In this document: one piece after another, positions 12,381 to 23,528 of the stretch
Layout of the letters: the number at the start of each line of letters is the position of its first letter
Position numbering within the stretch: the first letter of the stretch is position 1
NCBI GenBank assembly: GCA_013265495.1
Contig: MU063896.1
Location: forward strand, 620,001-684,000
DNA: 64,000 nucleotides
Source: Vicugna vicugna
Taxonomy: Eukaryota
Reading direction: 5' to 3'
The notes under the pieces: model-generated
Seen by the model: the letters and a program-made list of their open reading frames with translations, nothing else
Told to the model about the DNA's origin: nothing
Databases searched by the model: none
Translations under genes and position numbers: made by a program

Positions 12381-13240
12381 GACTTCCAGTTTTTGGTCCA
12401 CCAGGAAAGGAGTTTGGAAGTCGCCACTCTGTTCTAACAACAAATAAAAAGCTGAGAAGCAACACCTTTTCTTAGATTCACCAGAGAACTGAGGTCACAG
12501 AGAAAACCACTGCTCCAAAAGTTGGAGAAACAAAGAGGCAGATACAGAGAATCACAATTTATCAGAGCAGAAACCTCTGTGGGAACAAGTGCTGGGGTAG
12601 GAAAAGCTAAAGTGTAATTAACAAACGCATGGAGGCTCAAAAATTCACCAGTCTCAGCTCTGAGAGCTAAAAACTCTAGGGAGCCCCGGTCTTGGGTGGC
12701 CGGAGGGCACACTTTTGTGAGTTCTGCCTCCAGAGCCCTACCAGGTTCTCACAGGGATGATGGGAGGAAGATCCCCTCATGCTTCCAGCAGGAGGAAGAG
12801 AATGACAATCATTTTGAAAGAACACCAGAGCATTCTGTTCTTCGTAACAAGGCCTCCCCTCAAGAGAAACGATTTTACCAGACCTTTCCTGTTGAGGCTT
12901 TACTAGAAACTAACTAGCCTCGGGGGAGGCAGATACCCAGTTTCTATTCCACTCCCCTCAACTTCCTGTTCCACCTAAAGTGGGAAAAAAACCAAGAAGC
13001 ACTTGGGAAGGTCACAGCCCAGGAGTGCAAACTGCAAGTCTGAGACCTAACGCAGGACTTTAGAACACCCGCTCTCCCTCTGCACCTTACCACAGCAACA
13101 CTCACTGTTCACCCCAGTTCCTTTTACCCAGAACATCATGTCTAGCTTTCAACCAAAAGTTACAAGGTATGCTACAAGGCAAAAAATAAAGTTTGAAGAG
13201 ATGGAGCAAGTATCAGAACCAGACTCTTACGGCAGGGATC
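12381..13240 (+). mobile_element. L1 5' end (L1M2-like), 3'-truncated
   Basis: Begins gacttccagttt...; ends caaggcaaaaaataaagtttgaagagatggagcaagtatcagaaccagactc...ggcagggatcttg, the 5' region leading into ORF1 of old L1M elements. Confidence 0.65.
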
Positions 13241-13244
13241 TTGT

Positions 13245-13500
13245 TTATATCAAGTGTAGAGAGAGGGGAGTTAAGGTCTCCAACTGTAATTGTGGATTTG
13301 CCTGTTTCTCCTTCCTCTTCTGTTTGGTTTTGCATCATGTATTTTGCAGCTCTCTTGTTGGATGCACACACATTGAGCACTGCTAAATTGTTTTCTTGGT
13401 TTACCGTGATATAATGTCCTTTTTTTGTCTTTGGTATTTTTCTTTGCTCTGACATCTGGTTTATCTAATATTAGTATAGCCACTCTTGCTTTCCTTTGAT
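13245..13500 (-). pseudogene. Decayed L1 ORF2 endonuclease (APE-like) domain fragment
   Basis: ORF-track peptides MAILILDKPDVRAK and KGHYITVNQENNLAVLNVCASNKRAAKYMMQNQTEEEGETGKSTITVGDLNSPLSTLD match L1 ORF2 EN motifs (AILISDKxDFK, GHYIM, LNIYAPN, TIIVGDFNTPLS); frameshifted. Confidence 0.85.
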
Positions 13501-13530
13501 TAATGTTTGCAAGATATATCCTTTACTTCT

Positions 13531-14205
13531 TTTTTTAACTGTTTAACCATTTTTAAGTGTACAGTTCAGTGGCATTAAGGGCATTCACACTGTTGTACTA
13601 CCCATATCCAGAACTTTTTCATGTTCCAGAACTGAAACTCCATACCCATTAAACCATAGTTCCCCATTTCCCTCNNNNNNNNNNNNNNNNNNNNNNNNNN
13701 NNNNNNNNNNNNNNNNNNNNNNNNNNNNNNNNNNNNNNNNNNNNNNNNNNNNNNNNNNNNNNNNNNNNNNNNNNNNNNNNNNNNNNNNNNNNNNNNNNNN
13801 NNNNNNNNACAGTTCATCCATTTCTTAACAAGTGTCAGAATTTACTTACTTTTTAAGGCTAAATAATATTGTATTGTCTGTATATACTACATTTTGTTTA
13901 CCCATTCATGCACTGATGAACACTTGGGTTGCTTCCATCATTTGGCTATTGTGAATAATGCTGCTATAAACATGGATATACAAATGTCTCTTTATATCTC
14001 CACTTTTAAGTATATACCCAGAAATGTATCATATAGTAAGTCTGTGTTAAATTTTTTGAGGAACCACCATACTGTTTTCCATGTGACTGCACCATTTTGC
14101 ATTCTATCAGCAATGGACAAGAGTTCCAATTTTCCTGCATCCTCCCCAATGCTTGTTATTTTCTGTTTTATTTTTTAAATAATAGCCATAGTAAGGAGTG
14201 TGAAG
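13531..14205 (-). mobile_element. L1MB-type 3' end inserted into the older L1 (contains N gap)
   Basis: ttttaagtgtacagttcagtggcattaag...ccagaactgaaactccatacccattaaac...ttttttgaggaaccaccatactgttttcc. Confidence 0.85.
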
Positions 14206-15184
14206 CAGTTCTGTCCTTTTACTTTTAACTTGCCTATGTCTTATTCAAAGTGAATTTCTTATAGACAGCATATAGAGTTGGGTCATATTTTTTGACTCAG
14301 TCTGCCAACCCCTGTCTTTTCATTTGTGTTTTTCAGACGATTTACAGTTAAAGTAATTATTAACATGTTAAGGCTTAAGTCTGCCATTTTATCTTTGTTT
14401 TATATTTGTTCTCTCTGCTTTTAATTTTAATTTTAATTTTAATTTTAATTTTTTCTAGTTTAAATTGGGTTACTCAGGCAGAATTCCATTTGGATTTATC
14501 TATAATTTTTTTAGTGTATCTCTTTACATAGCTTTCTGGTGGTTGCTCTAGGCATTATATTATGTAATATATCATATAATTATATTATGTAGTACATAAT
14601 GTATTACAGTCTACTGGTGGTATCATCTTGTCAATTTGAGTGAAATACAGAAAACTTAGCTCCCTTTATATCCTTTACCCTCCTCTATTTCTAACTACCT
14701 TAAGTATTTCCTCTACATACATTTAGAACCACATCAGGCAGTGTTGTAAGTTCTGTTCCAACCATCAAACATAATTTAGAAAATTTAAGAGAAGTAAAGT
14801 CTACTATCATTACCCATGTTTTTGTTTACCATATTCTTTCTTCCTTTCTGATATTCTAAAGTTCCTTCTTTTTTTCATTTTCCTTCTGTTTAGAGAAATT
14901 CCTTTAGCTATTCTTTTAGGATAGTTCTGCTTGTAACAAATTCTGTTAGTTCTCCGTCTCAGAATATCTTGACTTCCTCTTCATTTCTGAAGAATATTTT
15001 CACTGCCTATAGGATGCTGACTGTTCTTTTCTTTAAGCACTTTAAAATTACGCTGATTCCCTCTGGCCTCCACGGTTTCCGATGAGAAATCCACTGTCAG
15101 TCAAACTAGTTTTTCCTTATAGGTACGGGTGTTGTTTTTTTCTGGTTGCTTTCAAGATTTTTTATGTCTTTAGTTTTTATAATT

Positions 15185-15332
15185 TTTAAAAAAATTTTTT
15201 TTTTAATTTTAGGGAGGAGAGGTAATTAGGTTTATTTATTATCTTTTTTTATTTAATGGAGGTACTGGGGATCAAACCCATGACCTTGTACATGCTAAGG
15301 ATGCACTCTACCAATGAGCTGTAGCCTCACCC
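15185..15332 (-). mobile_element. Camelid tRNA-Ala-derived SINE (Vic-1-like)
   Basis: Reverse complement: gggtgaggctacagctcattggtagagtgcatccttagcatgtacaaggtcatgggtttgatccccagtacctcca followed by aataaataaacctaattacctc and an A-rich tail. Confidence 0.85.
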
Positions 15333-16824
15333 TAGAAATTTAGTTATTATGTGCCTTGATGTAGATTTAAGTTTATCCTATTTGGATTTTACTCAGCTTC
15401 TAGAATCTGTAGTTTTACATCTCTTGTTAAATTTTGGAATTTGTCAGTGATTGTTTCTTCAAATACTTTTCTTTCCTTTCTTCTTTTTCTTTTTGGAACA
15501 CCAATGATACAAATGTTAGATCTGTTGTTATAGTCCCACAGGTGTCTGTAGTTCTGTCTGTTTCAGTCTGTTTTCTCTCTGTTGGTCAGACTGGGTAATC
15601 TCGATTGTTCAGTCTTCTAGCTCACTGATTCTTCCTTTGTCCCCTCTATTCTGCTGTTTGGCCCATCTATCCAGGTTTTTAATTTGGTTATTGTGTTTTT
15701 CAGCTTGAAATTCCATTTGGTTCTTCTTCATATGGACTATGGTGTTCTGATACTTTCTGTTTCTTTGCTGAGGCTTTCTTTTTCACTTGTTTCATGTATC
15801 CTCATAATGGCTTACTGAAGCATTTTTATCATAACTACTTTAAAATCACATCAGATAATCCCAACATCTTTATCATTTCAGTGTTGATCAACTGTCTTTG
15901 AATTCCATTTGAGATATTCTTGGGTTTTGGTATGATGACTGTTTTCCAACTGAAATGTGGATATGTTCATATTATCTTCTGTTTTAGCTGCCTTTCTTTG
16001 ACATTGCTCAAGCAAGGGAAGCAGGAGTTGTGCTGCCTCATTATTGCCATATGGAGGTGCAATTCCTGGCTCTCCATTCAGCCTCCATTGACACACAGGA
16101 ATGAGGTGGCCCCTTGTCACTGCTGGGTGGGAGTTCTGGCTCCCACCGTGGTCTCCACTAACACCATTGTGGAGATGGCCTTGTTATCACTGGGCAAGGC
16201 TGAACATCCTGACACTCCAATAGGTCTCCGGGATACCACCCCAGCCAGGGCTGGGGGAGGAGGTGGTGAGCCATTGTTCTTGGGTGGTGGTGGAAATCTA
16301 GGCTCCCTGTGTGGTTTCCAGTAACACTGCAGGGGAGGAGGTGCATCATTACCAGCCAGCAGGGATACAAATGGGGACTCCCTACTTGGCCTTTGCAAGT
16401 AAAGAGGAGGCAGGGGCCACAGTATTTCCTGTGGTGTCTGGCTGGAGTGGACTTTTTATTGTCTAAAAGTCTTCTCTCTTATTAGAAGACTCCCTTCCTG
16501 GTCCTTTGGCAAGAGAACAGGCTTTTGTAGGAGATTGTTTTGTTTTGTTTTGTTTTGGTCTGTGTTTCTGTTTCCCACTTCTTTAACTCTAAATCTTGAT
16601 AGATGAGGCAAGAAGAAAACCCAGAGAACTCATTCCTGTGTCATTCCTCAGGTCCCACGTTCCCTAGTCAGGCTGCCTTCTTTCCTCCACCTGTTAAAGT
16701 CTTATTATGTTTGTGCTATATGCAAATGCTCATGGTTTCCAGTGGTGATTAGCAGGTGGAATAGGGAAAAGTATGTCTGCTCCACCTTCCCAGAAGCAGA
16801 ACTCTGAGAGAATGGTTTTTAGCA

Positions 16825-17155
16825 GTGGATTTCTTTTTTAATGAGGTTGATATCAAGAACAGAATAATCTTGTCTAGTTAACATCAGTAAAAACGATAGA
16901 TATTTTGTATAGCCAAAGGCATGAGAATGAACATTGACATGTACCACCCTGTATTAATGAGACACATTAATAGTTGTGCCATGAGAAAAATACTTCTCTG
17001 AGATCAAAAATACCTAGGAAAGGCTGTATATTGTGTCCCTCCTTTCGGGATTCTCAATGTAATTAGTAAATTAAAGGTTCTGAGAAGACCTGCAGTAAAG
17101 AATGTCCTAATTTTTTTAATCCAGTGTCTTCCAAATTAATTTGAGCCTGAAACAT
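16825..17155. mobile_element. hAT-Charlie-type DNA transposon fragment
   Basis: ttctgagaagacctgcagtaaagaatgtcctaatttttttaatccagtgtcttccaaattaatttga resembles a Charlie-family internal sequence. Confidence 0.45.
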
Positions 17156-18775
17156 GTTTTCCGGAATATCTGACCATATCCTGTGATAGTGTCCACTTTG
17201 GAAATACTGAGCCACACACATAATCCAGGGAGTTCCATCAGGACCCAGGCTCTACAAGGGAGGCGGCTGGCATCTCACTGTGTGAACTGCCCTCCCAGTT
17301 CTCCGGGAGGGTGGACGTTCTGTCTTGATGGAACATGCACAGTAGAGGAGTGTAGGGAACAGAGTAATCTTTTGCATTTTCCCAGCTCTGGTAACCTGTG
17401 CTTTTACCTTCTTTTAGTTGCTGATTTATTCTTATCTGTACACTACCTCTACAAGGTAAGAGGGGAAAGTATTACTAGTTCCATTTTGCAAATGATGAAC
17501 AGACATCCAAAGAAATGTGTTTTCCTAGAAGAGCCAGGTCTGATCTGTAGCCTTTGGGCCACAAAGGCTGTTCGTAATTAGTGAGTCCCTGCAATTCCTG
17601 ACTAGGGCCCTGTCCTGCCAGACACGTGTAGGGTCTGACGTCCCGGGCCTGCCCCCCGGGATCCTGTGCTGGGCCCCCTCGGGCCTCCCCAGCAGATGCA
17701 CACCTATGAGGCTTCTAGAACTTCACTGCCTGCGCCCTGCTCCACACAGGCCTCTGCCAGGATGGCCTTCCTGCTTTCCAGAAACCTTTGTTCCATGGAA
17801 AACAAGTGCTGTTTTCCAGAACAAAACCTCCGGGGAGGTGAGGGGAAGCTAGAATCCTAAATGCAGGATGAGGCTCCAAAGCGCTCCCTGACCCCCATTT
17901 CCTCTCCAGCCACCACAGCCCACCGTGCGGCTCAAGAGGGGAAGCGGCCAGGACTTCCGAAAGCAGATTTCCTGAGAAGAAATGTTCCCAGTAAGAATAA
18001 CATCCAAGTGGCATGCCCCCTGCTCCCAGAACAACACAATAGTGGCTTGTCTGCCATGTTGCCTTCAGGGAATCAGGAGGAGGAAATGACCACTCTCCTC
18101 TTTTGAAGGACGTTCAGCATGAGGGCAAAATCACTGAATAAAATGAGACGCTGGGTGATGCTGTAAAAACTAAATGTCCCAGAAAAGAGCTCCTGTCTGA
18201 GGGCCTCAATATTTACCTTCCTCCCTGGTGATGTTCATAGCTCCCCTTTCCTCTGCAAATGGTCAGAGAAGAGGGCAGTTCTTTGCTGGGGAAGAGATGA
18301 GAGAGGACAAGGGATTTTGTGGTCGACATCGCCAGAGAATGGAATTCATCGTTGCCTACAATTAGTTCCTCCTTCCTACTTAACAATGCTTTTTGCTACA
18401 AAGAACATTAACTGAGGCGTGAAATTCTTAAAGAGTTCCCCCACTGACCAGGCTGCTGCAATGGTTACAGGAGTCCTTGAAGTCATTAGTGACTGCTGTT
18501 AAAATCCAGCTATGACCTGTAAGGGGAAAAGTAGTGCCAGACGTTTACTCATTTGCTTAGATAGTTTCTCCAGCTTGACCAGATAGACTCAAGGAAATCA
18601 GACGTGGAAACAAGGCAGATTTGATTGGGAGGGAGGTCAGAAAAACACGAAGCATGTCCAAACAATAGGCCCACGAGGGGCCCAGATAAATCAGTGTGGG
18701 CAGCTTGGGGCCAGCATGAGAGCCCTGTGCACTTGAGGCAGCCTCAGAGACGCTGAGGAAGAGGGAAGGATGTGC

Positions 18776-19607
18776 TTTATTTGTTTTTCTTTTTTTGAAG
18801 TAGATTTGACATGTAACGTTGTGTACATTTAAGGTGTACAACGTCTTTGATGTGGGATACATTTGTACACTGTAATGTGATTGCTATGGTAGCAATAGTT
18901 AGCACCTCTGTCGTATCACATCATCACTTCTCTGTTGTGGTGAGAATAATTAAGACCTAGTCTCTTAGCAGGTTTGATTATTATAATATGATATTGTTGT
19001 CAGTATATTGCACATTAGATCTCCAGGACTTAATCCACTAATTGCAAGTTGTACACTTAAACGTGTCTCCTGTTTCCCCACCCCCAGCCCCTGGTAACCA
19101 CTGTTTTACTCTCTGTTTTTATGAGTTTGGCTTTTTTTAGATTCCACATATAAGTAGCATTATAGAGTGTTTGTCTTTNNNNNNNNNNNNNNNNNNNNNN
19201 NNNNNNNNNNNNNNNNNNNNNNNNNNNNNNNNNNNNNNNNNNNNNNNNNNNNNNNNNNNNNNNNNNNNNNNNNNNNNNNNNNNNNNNNNNNNNNNNNNNN
19301 NNNNNNNNNNNNNNNNNNNNNNNNNNNNNNNNNNNNNNNNNNNNNNNNNNNNNNNNNNNNNNNNNNNNNNNNNNNNNGGATGTACATCTGAAGGAAATGA
19401 AAACGGTACCGAAGAACTATCTACACTCCCACGTTCATTGCAGCGTTATTCGCAATAGCCAAGATCTGGAAACAACCTAAGGGTCCACCAAAGGATAAAT
19501 GGATGAAGAAGATGTGGTTATAGACTATTATTCAGTCATGAGAAAGAAAGAAATTCTGCCATTGACCACACCATGGATGGACCTGGAGCATATTCTGCTG
19601 AGTGAGG
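18776..19607. mobile_element. L1MA-type element with inverted internal segment (minus 18776-19178; plus 19378-19607)
   Basis: Left of the gap: antisense L1 3'UTR with a T-rich tail. Right of the gap: sense L1 (gttcattgcagcgttattcgcaatagccaagatctggaaacaacctaag...ggacctggagcatattctgctgagtgag). Confidence 0.8.
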
Positions 19608-20524
19608 AATGTAGAGAGTCAGCTGAAGGAGCCGCAAGCCCACCTCAGACCACGCCTGCTCCCGCAGGTGGAGCATGATGCGAGGACAGTCAGGACGGCG
19701 TGGGTTCTCCCCCAGATCCTGTTATCACCACCTCGCCTGCAGGACAGTTTCCTCCTTGGGTAGATCATCTCTAAGGTCATTTTCAGCAATAACATTCCAT
19801 GATTTAAAAAAATATTCTGGGGTATTTTATTTTATTTCCCCAGACATGCATTTTTATTACATATTCACCTCAACCAATGATAGAACTGTGTAACAGAAAA
19901 AGCGAAAGACCCCACCCACCTCCCCAGCCCTACTTGCCCCAGGTTATTGCCCCTGGAATTTCATTTCTACACAATGAAAGCAGAGAGTTTAAGACCCCGG
20001 GCTCTGGAACCACATGGCTTGGTGCAAATCCATTCCCTTCTCCTTCCCAGCCCTGGGCCTTGAGCTGTCCTCTCCTGCTTTTGTCCTGATCCTGATCTGT
20101 ACAACTAGGACGATAAGAGCCTGCCTGTTACTGTGAATTAACACGTCTAAGTCCAACAGTGCCTGCTACACAGCGCTCAGTACCCGCCAGCTAGTTGCCT
20201 GCAGCAGACCCCCGCCTGTAATAAGGGAACAGTAAATTTAGCAGACCTGGGTGCTACCTGCAAGGAGCTCACAGTCTAAAGTCAGCCCAGGCAAAGGCCA
20301 GGACCCACTTTGTGTCTCTTCCATGCCCCTCTGTGTGGACATTTTAGAGAGAAGGAAATGCTAGTGAGAGCAGAGAGTAGGTAAGGAGCTGCGCGGGACT
20401 GGCACGCCTGACACGCGACATCACAGGATGCAATCCCTTCAGCCAAATGAGTCCTCAGAGGAAAGCTGGACAATCCATTTAAAAACAAGCATCTGAAAAT
20501 GGCATTGCCGAAAAAAGCAACAGA

Positions 20525-20543
20525 GGGTTAGGGTTAGGGTTAG
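20525..20543 (+). repeat. Short telomere-type repeat (GGGTTA)3G
   Basis: gggttagggttagggttag read directly. Confidence 0.9.
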
Positions 20544-20939
20544 TGACGAGTTTTTTAAAATCCATTCCATGCAGAAATTCCCAATCAGGCATTGTCTGGC
20601 ACTGAATACTCTGCCCCAGAGAAATGCTTCCTGACACAGAGAACAAACAAAATCCATCGAGTCCACATATACCCTTGCCTCCCCTGACTTATATCCTGCC
20701 TTCTTCAGCCTCCACCCAAAAATGAGTTGAAGACATTTCCAGCAGTCCCCCCTGCCCAAATGCATGCTGCCTGGCTTCTCCAATTCATAACACAGCAGCT
20801 TACCCCTGGACTGATTCAGTGACCTGTGACCCCCGGCTCCCCATCTGCCCCATCAGCCAGGCCCCACTGAGGCTTTCCTGCCCTGAGTGCCAGTGGCCCC
20901 TTCCTCTGATTCTTTAAGGCTTATTCAGATTATAGAGGA

Positions 20940-21140
20940 ACATTAGGGGCTGGCAGGAAAATCATGGGCTTTGGAGTCAGGACTTAACTTCTGTAGGTCT
21001 CGGCATTCCTCATCTCTAAAATGGGCTAATAGTAGTGCCAGCTTCATAGGCTTGCAGTGAAGACTAAGTGAGGTGATAATGTAGATAAAATGCTTAGCAT
21101 TATGCCTGGCATGTAGGTGATACTCAATAAAAATTAATCC
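20940..21140 (+). mobile_element. MIR SINE
   Basis: ggctttggagtcagg...ggcattcctcatctctaaaatgggctaatagtagtgccagcttcatagg...gcttagcattatgcctggcatgtaggtgatactcaataaa. Confidence 0.8.
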
Positions 21141-21169
21141 ACTTGTCACTTCCTATTCTAAGTTTGTCA

Positions 21170-21770
21170 GCCTGTGTGCCTTAGTAGACTGAGCTCCTCC
21201 AGGGTAAGAACAATGGCTTAGCTGTCTCTGTATCTCTTACTCCCTGTAGCTCCAGACTCCAGAGCAGTGGTGGGATATAGTAAGTACCCAAGGTATTGGT
21301 TATCTATGGCCATAATAATGCTGCATAGCAAACCAAAATTAAAACAATTATTTAGCTCATGATTAAGCCAGGCTCAGCTGGGTGGTTCTTCGTGTCTGGG
21401 CTGGGCTCAGCTGCAGGTCATGTGGTCTCTGCCCTGAGGATGGGGAGGGTGATAGCCGTGGTATCTCATCAAACAGAAACTGAGCCTGGGCCTGTTCAGT
21501 GGACAGCTGGCAGAACCCTCAGAGTGGAAGAATGAAAGGCCTCTTGGGGACCAGACTGGAAACTTCCATCATCACTTCCACCACATTCTGTTGGCCAAAG
21601 CAAGTCACAAGGCCAGGCCAGGTTCAAAGGAAAGCACAGTAGATTCCATCACTCCATCTCTTAATGGGAGGAGTGGCAAAGTCACCTTTTAAAAGGCAGG
21701 ATTCAGAGAGGAGTGAGGTGTTATTGCCATGTTTGCAATTTACCACACCCAAGTTTTTGAATGAATGAGG
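21170..21770 (+). mobile_element. L2 3' tail split by an MLT1 insertion
   Basis: tagactgagctcctccagggtaagaac...gatatagtaagtaccca before the LTR; tttttgaatgaatg (L2 terminus) after it. Confidence 0.6.
21292..21747 (-). mobile_element. MLT1H/I-like MaLR solo LTR with perfect 5-bp TSD
   Basis: gtattggttatctatggccataataatgctgcatagcaaacc ... catcacttccaccacattctgttggccaaagcaagtcacaaggccaggcc ... ttaccaca; CCCAA at 21287-21291 and 21748-21752. Confidence 0.8.
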
Positions 21771-22286
21771 TTAGTTAGGGAGAGAAAAATGAACCAAAAA
21801 AGCAATAAGTAAAAAAGTCAAATTTAAGTCCTCACAGTCATAGGCAAGGACACTTAAATTCTAGGTTGCTCAATACAAGATGAAAATTGACCTCGCAAAC
21901 CATTAAATAGTCAAGCGTTCTCTAAGGTACAGTAAAGAGAATATGTGCCAATTGGGGGATAAATCAAGAACCTCCTCTCCCGGTGTCTTGGGAAGGCAGA
22001 TGAGCCCGGATTTATCGAGGACACTCGGCCTCCTGACAGCAGTATAATTACAGACTCTAGCATCATTAATCAGCAACCGCTGACGACGAAAGGAGTCTAT
22101 AAACCTCTAACTCTCCCTGTTCCAAAATTGATTTGACTTAAAAACAATTATTTAAATTCCACATACTTGAGCATTTGGCTTAGGAGAAAAAAGGAAAAAT
22201 ATTGAAAAGAGAAGTTTGTGGTTTTTCATTCATTTCCACCTCTTGAACATCTTTTATTAGCCTTTCAACAATTTGATGAACCTTTG

Positions 22287-22290
<4 letters not shown>

Positions 22291-22344
<54 letters not shown>
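22291..22344. repeat. (AC)27 microsatellite
   Basis: Perfect dinucleotide run read directly. Confidence 0.95.
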
Positions 22345-22346
<2 letters not shown>

Positions 22347-23267
22347 CTTCTATCAGAGAGACTCTCACCAACACCAAATAAAATGGATTAGGAAAGTCCT
22401 CACTCGGCCTACTGCAGGAGGCCTGTCATCCCCCAGGGTATCTGTGAATTTCCAGGAGCCCACATTCATCTTGTCATTCTTTTCTGCCACCTACTTCCTC
22501 ACTGTCACCCCAGTTCCTACAGTGCCCACCTCTCTCCTTTCTTAAGATGTCCTGGAATGGTGCAAAACCCTTTCATCCTTTCTGTGAAGTTCTTTGTCTA
22601 TAGCCTCACATAAGCAAATTTTGCTGAAGGTTTTGTGGCCAAAGAGGGTAACTACAGCACAAAGTAGAAAGTAAATTCACTGTCAGGTAGACTTCGCTGT
22701 TCCTAATTTTGATTGCTTCTACTTACCAGCGGGGCTTTCTCTCTAGCTCTCTCTTCCATGTGCTGCAGGCTTATGCCAAATCACTGTGCTCCGTGCTCTC
22801 CTCAGAGTGCTTTCTAGACCACTGTGTCCTCTCCACTGGCCTGGTCTTGTAGCCTCTCATCTCCTCCTCCTCCTCCATGCCAACAAAACTTTAATGGTTC
22901 TTGATTTCCAAGAGCTGTTTAGGTTATTTTGTCTCATCCTTACCCATCCACCTCAGGACCATGGACCTCCTTTCTCAGCACTTGGGAGGTTCTTATAATT
23001 GTTTTCCCCAAAAAAGTACACTTCTGGGTAAGAACAATTCTTCCTCCCAGACTTCCTCCCAGTTGAGCTGTGCTTAACTTCTAAAAGAGCAGGTGCCTTC
23101 TGCCATCGGTCCACTCTATCTGCCACATAACTTGAAAGCTCAGAGAGCTGTCTCACCTCCATGCCTGACACCTCCACCAGAAAGCTCATTCCTCCAGGTT
23201 AAGGAATTATATCCAGAAGACACACATACTCAATTTTTTATTTGGAAGAAGTAACTCATTGAGCTAG

Positions 23268-23470
23268 AAGTTCTCAAACTTTAGTGTATATGAAAATCTT
23301 CCGGTGCGCAGGTTAAAAACATAGCTTCCTTGGTCCCATCTGGTCAGAGTCTGATTCTGAAGATCTGAGGTGAAACCTAGGAAGCTGAATCTTTAAAAGC
23401 ATCTCACCTCCACCTCTCCCTCAGGTGATTCTGAGACAGGCAATCAGTCAATCACACCTTTAGAAACACT
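23268..23470. mobile_element. MER5-type hAT-Charlie MITE
   Basis: gttctcaaactttagtgtat...cagagtctgattctgaagatctgaggtgaaacctagg...caggtgattctgag...ctttagaaacactg. Confidence 0.65.
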
Positions 23471-23528
23471 GCTTTTCTGTTTGACCTATGGAGAGGAAAG
23501 TGGGGGTGCCGAGGATCACATTACCCAC

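Larger units (their letters stand above)
13241..16805 (-). mobile_element. Old L1 5' half (5'UTR-ORF1-start of ORF2), interrupted by younger insertions
   Basis: Antisense ORF2 endonuclease region at 13245-13530, inter-ORF/ORF1 relic at 14210-15900 (e.g. tctggcctccacggtttccgatgagaaatccactgtca) and a 5'UTR-like tract to ~16805. Confidence 0.8.

Noticed and set aside
13575-13821. ORFs containing X runs (also near 19.2, 23.6, 34.2, 37.1, 49.2 and 62.3 kb)
   Set aside because: Artefacts of translating through N gaps in repeats.
15258-15332. tRNA-Ala(AGC)-like sequences (also 26512-26586)
   Set aside because: They are SINE heads with mismatched stems and a SINE tail, not functional tRNA genes.
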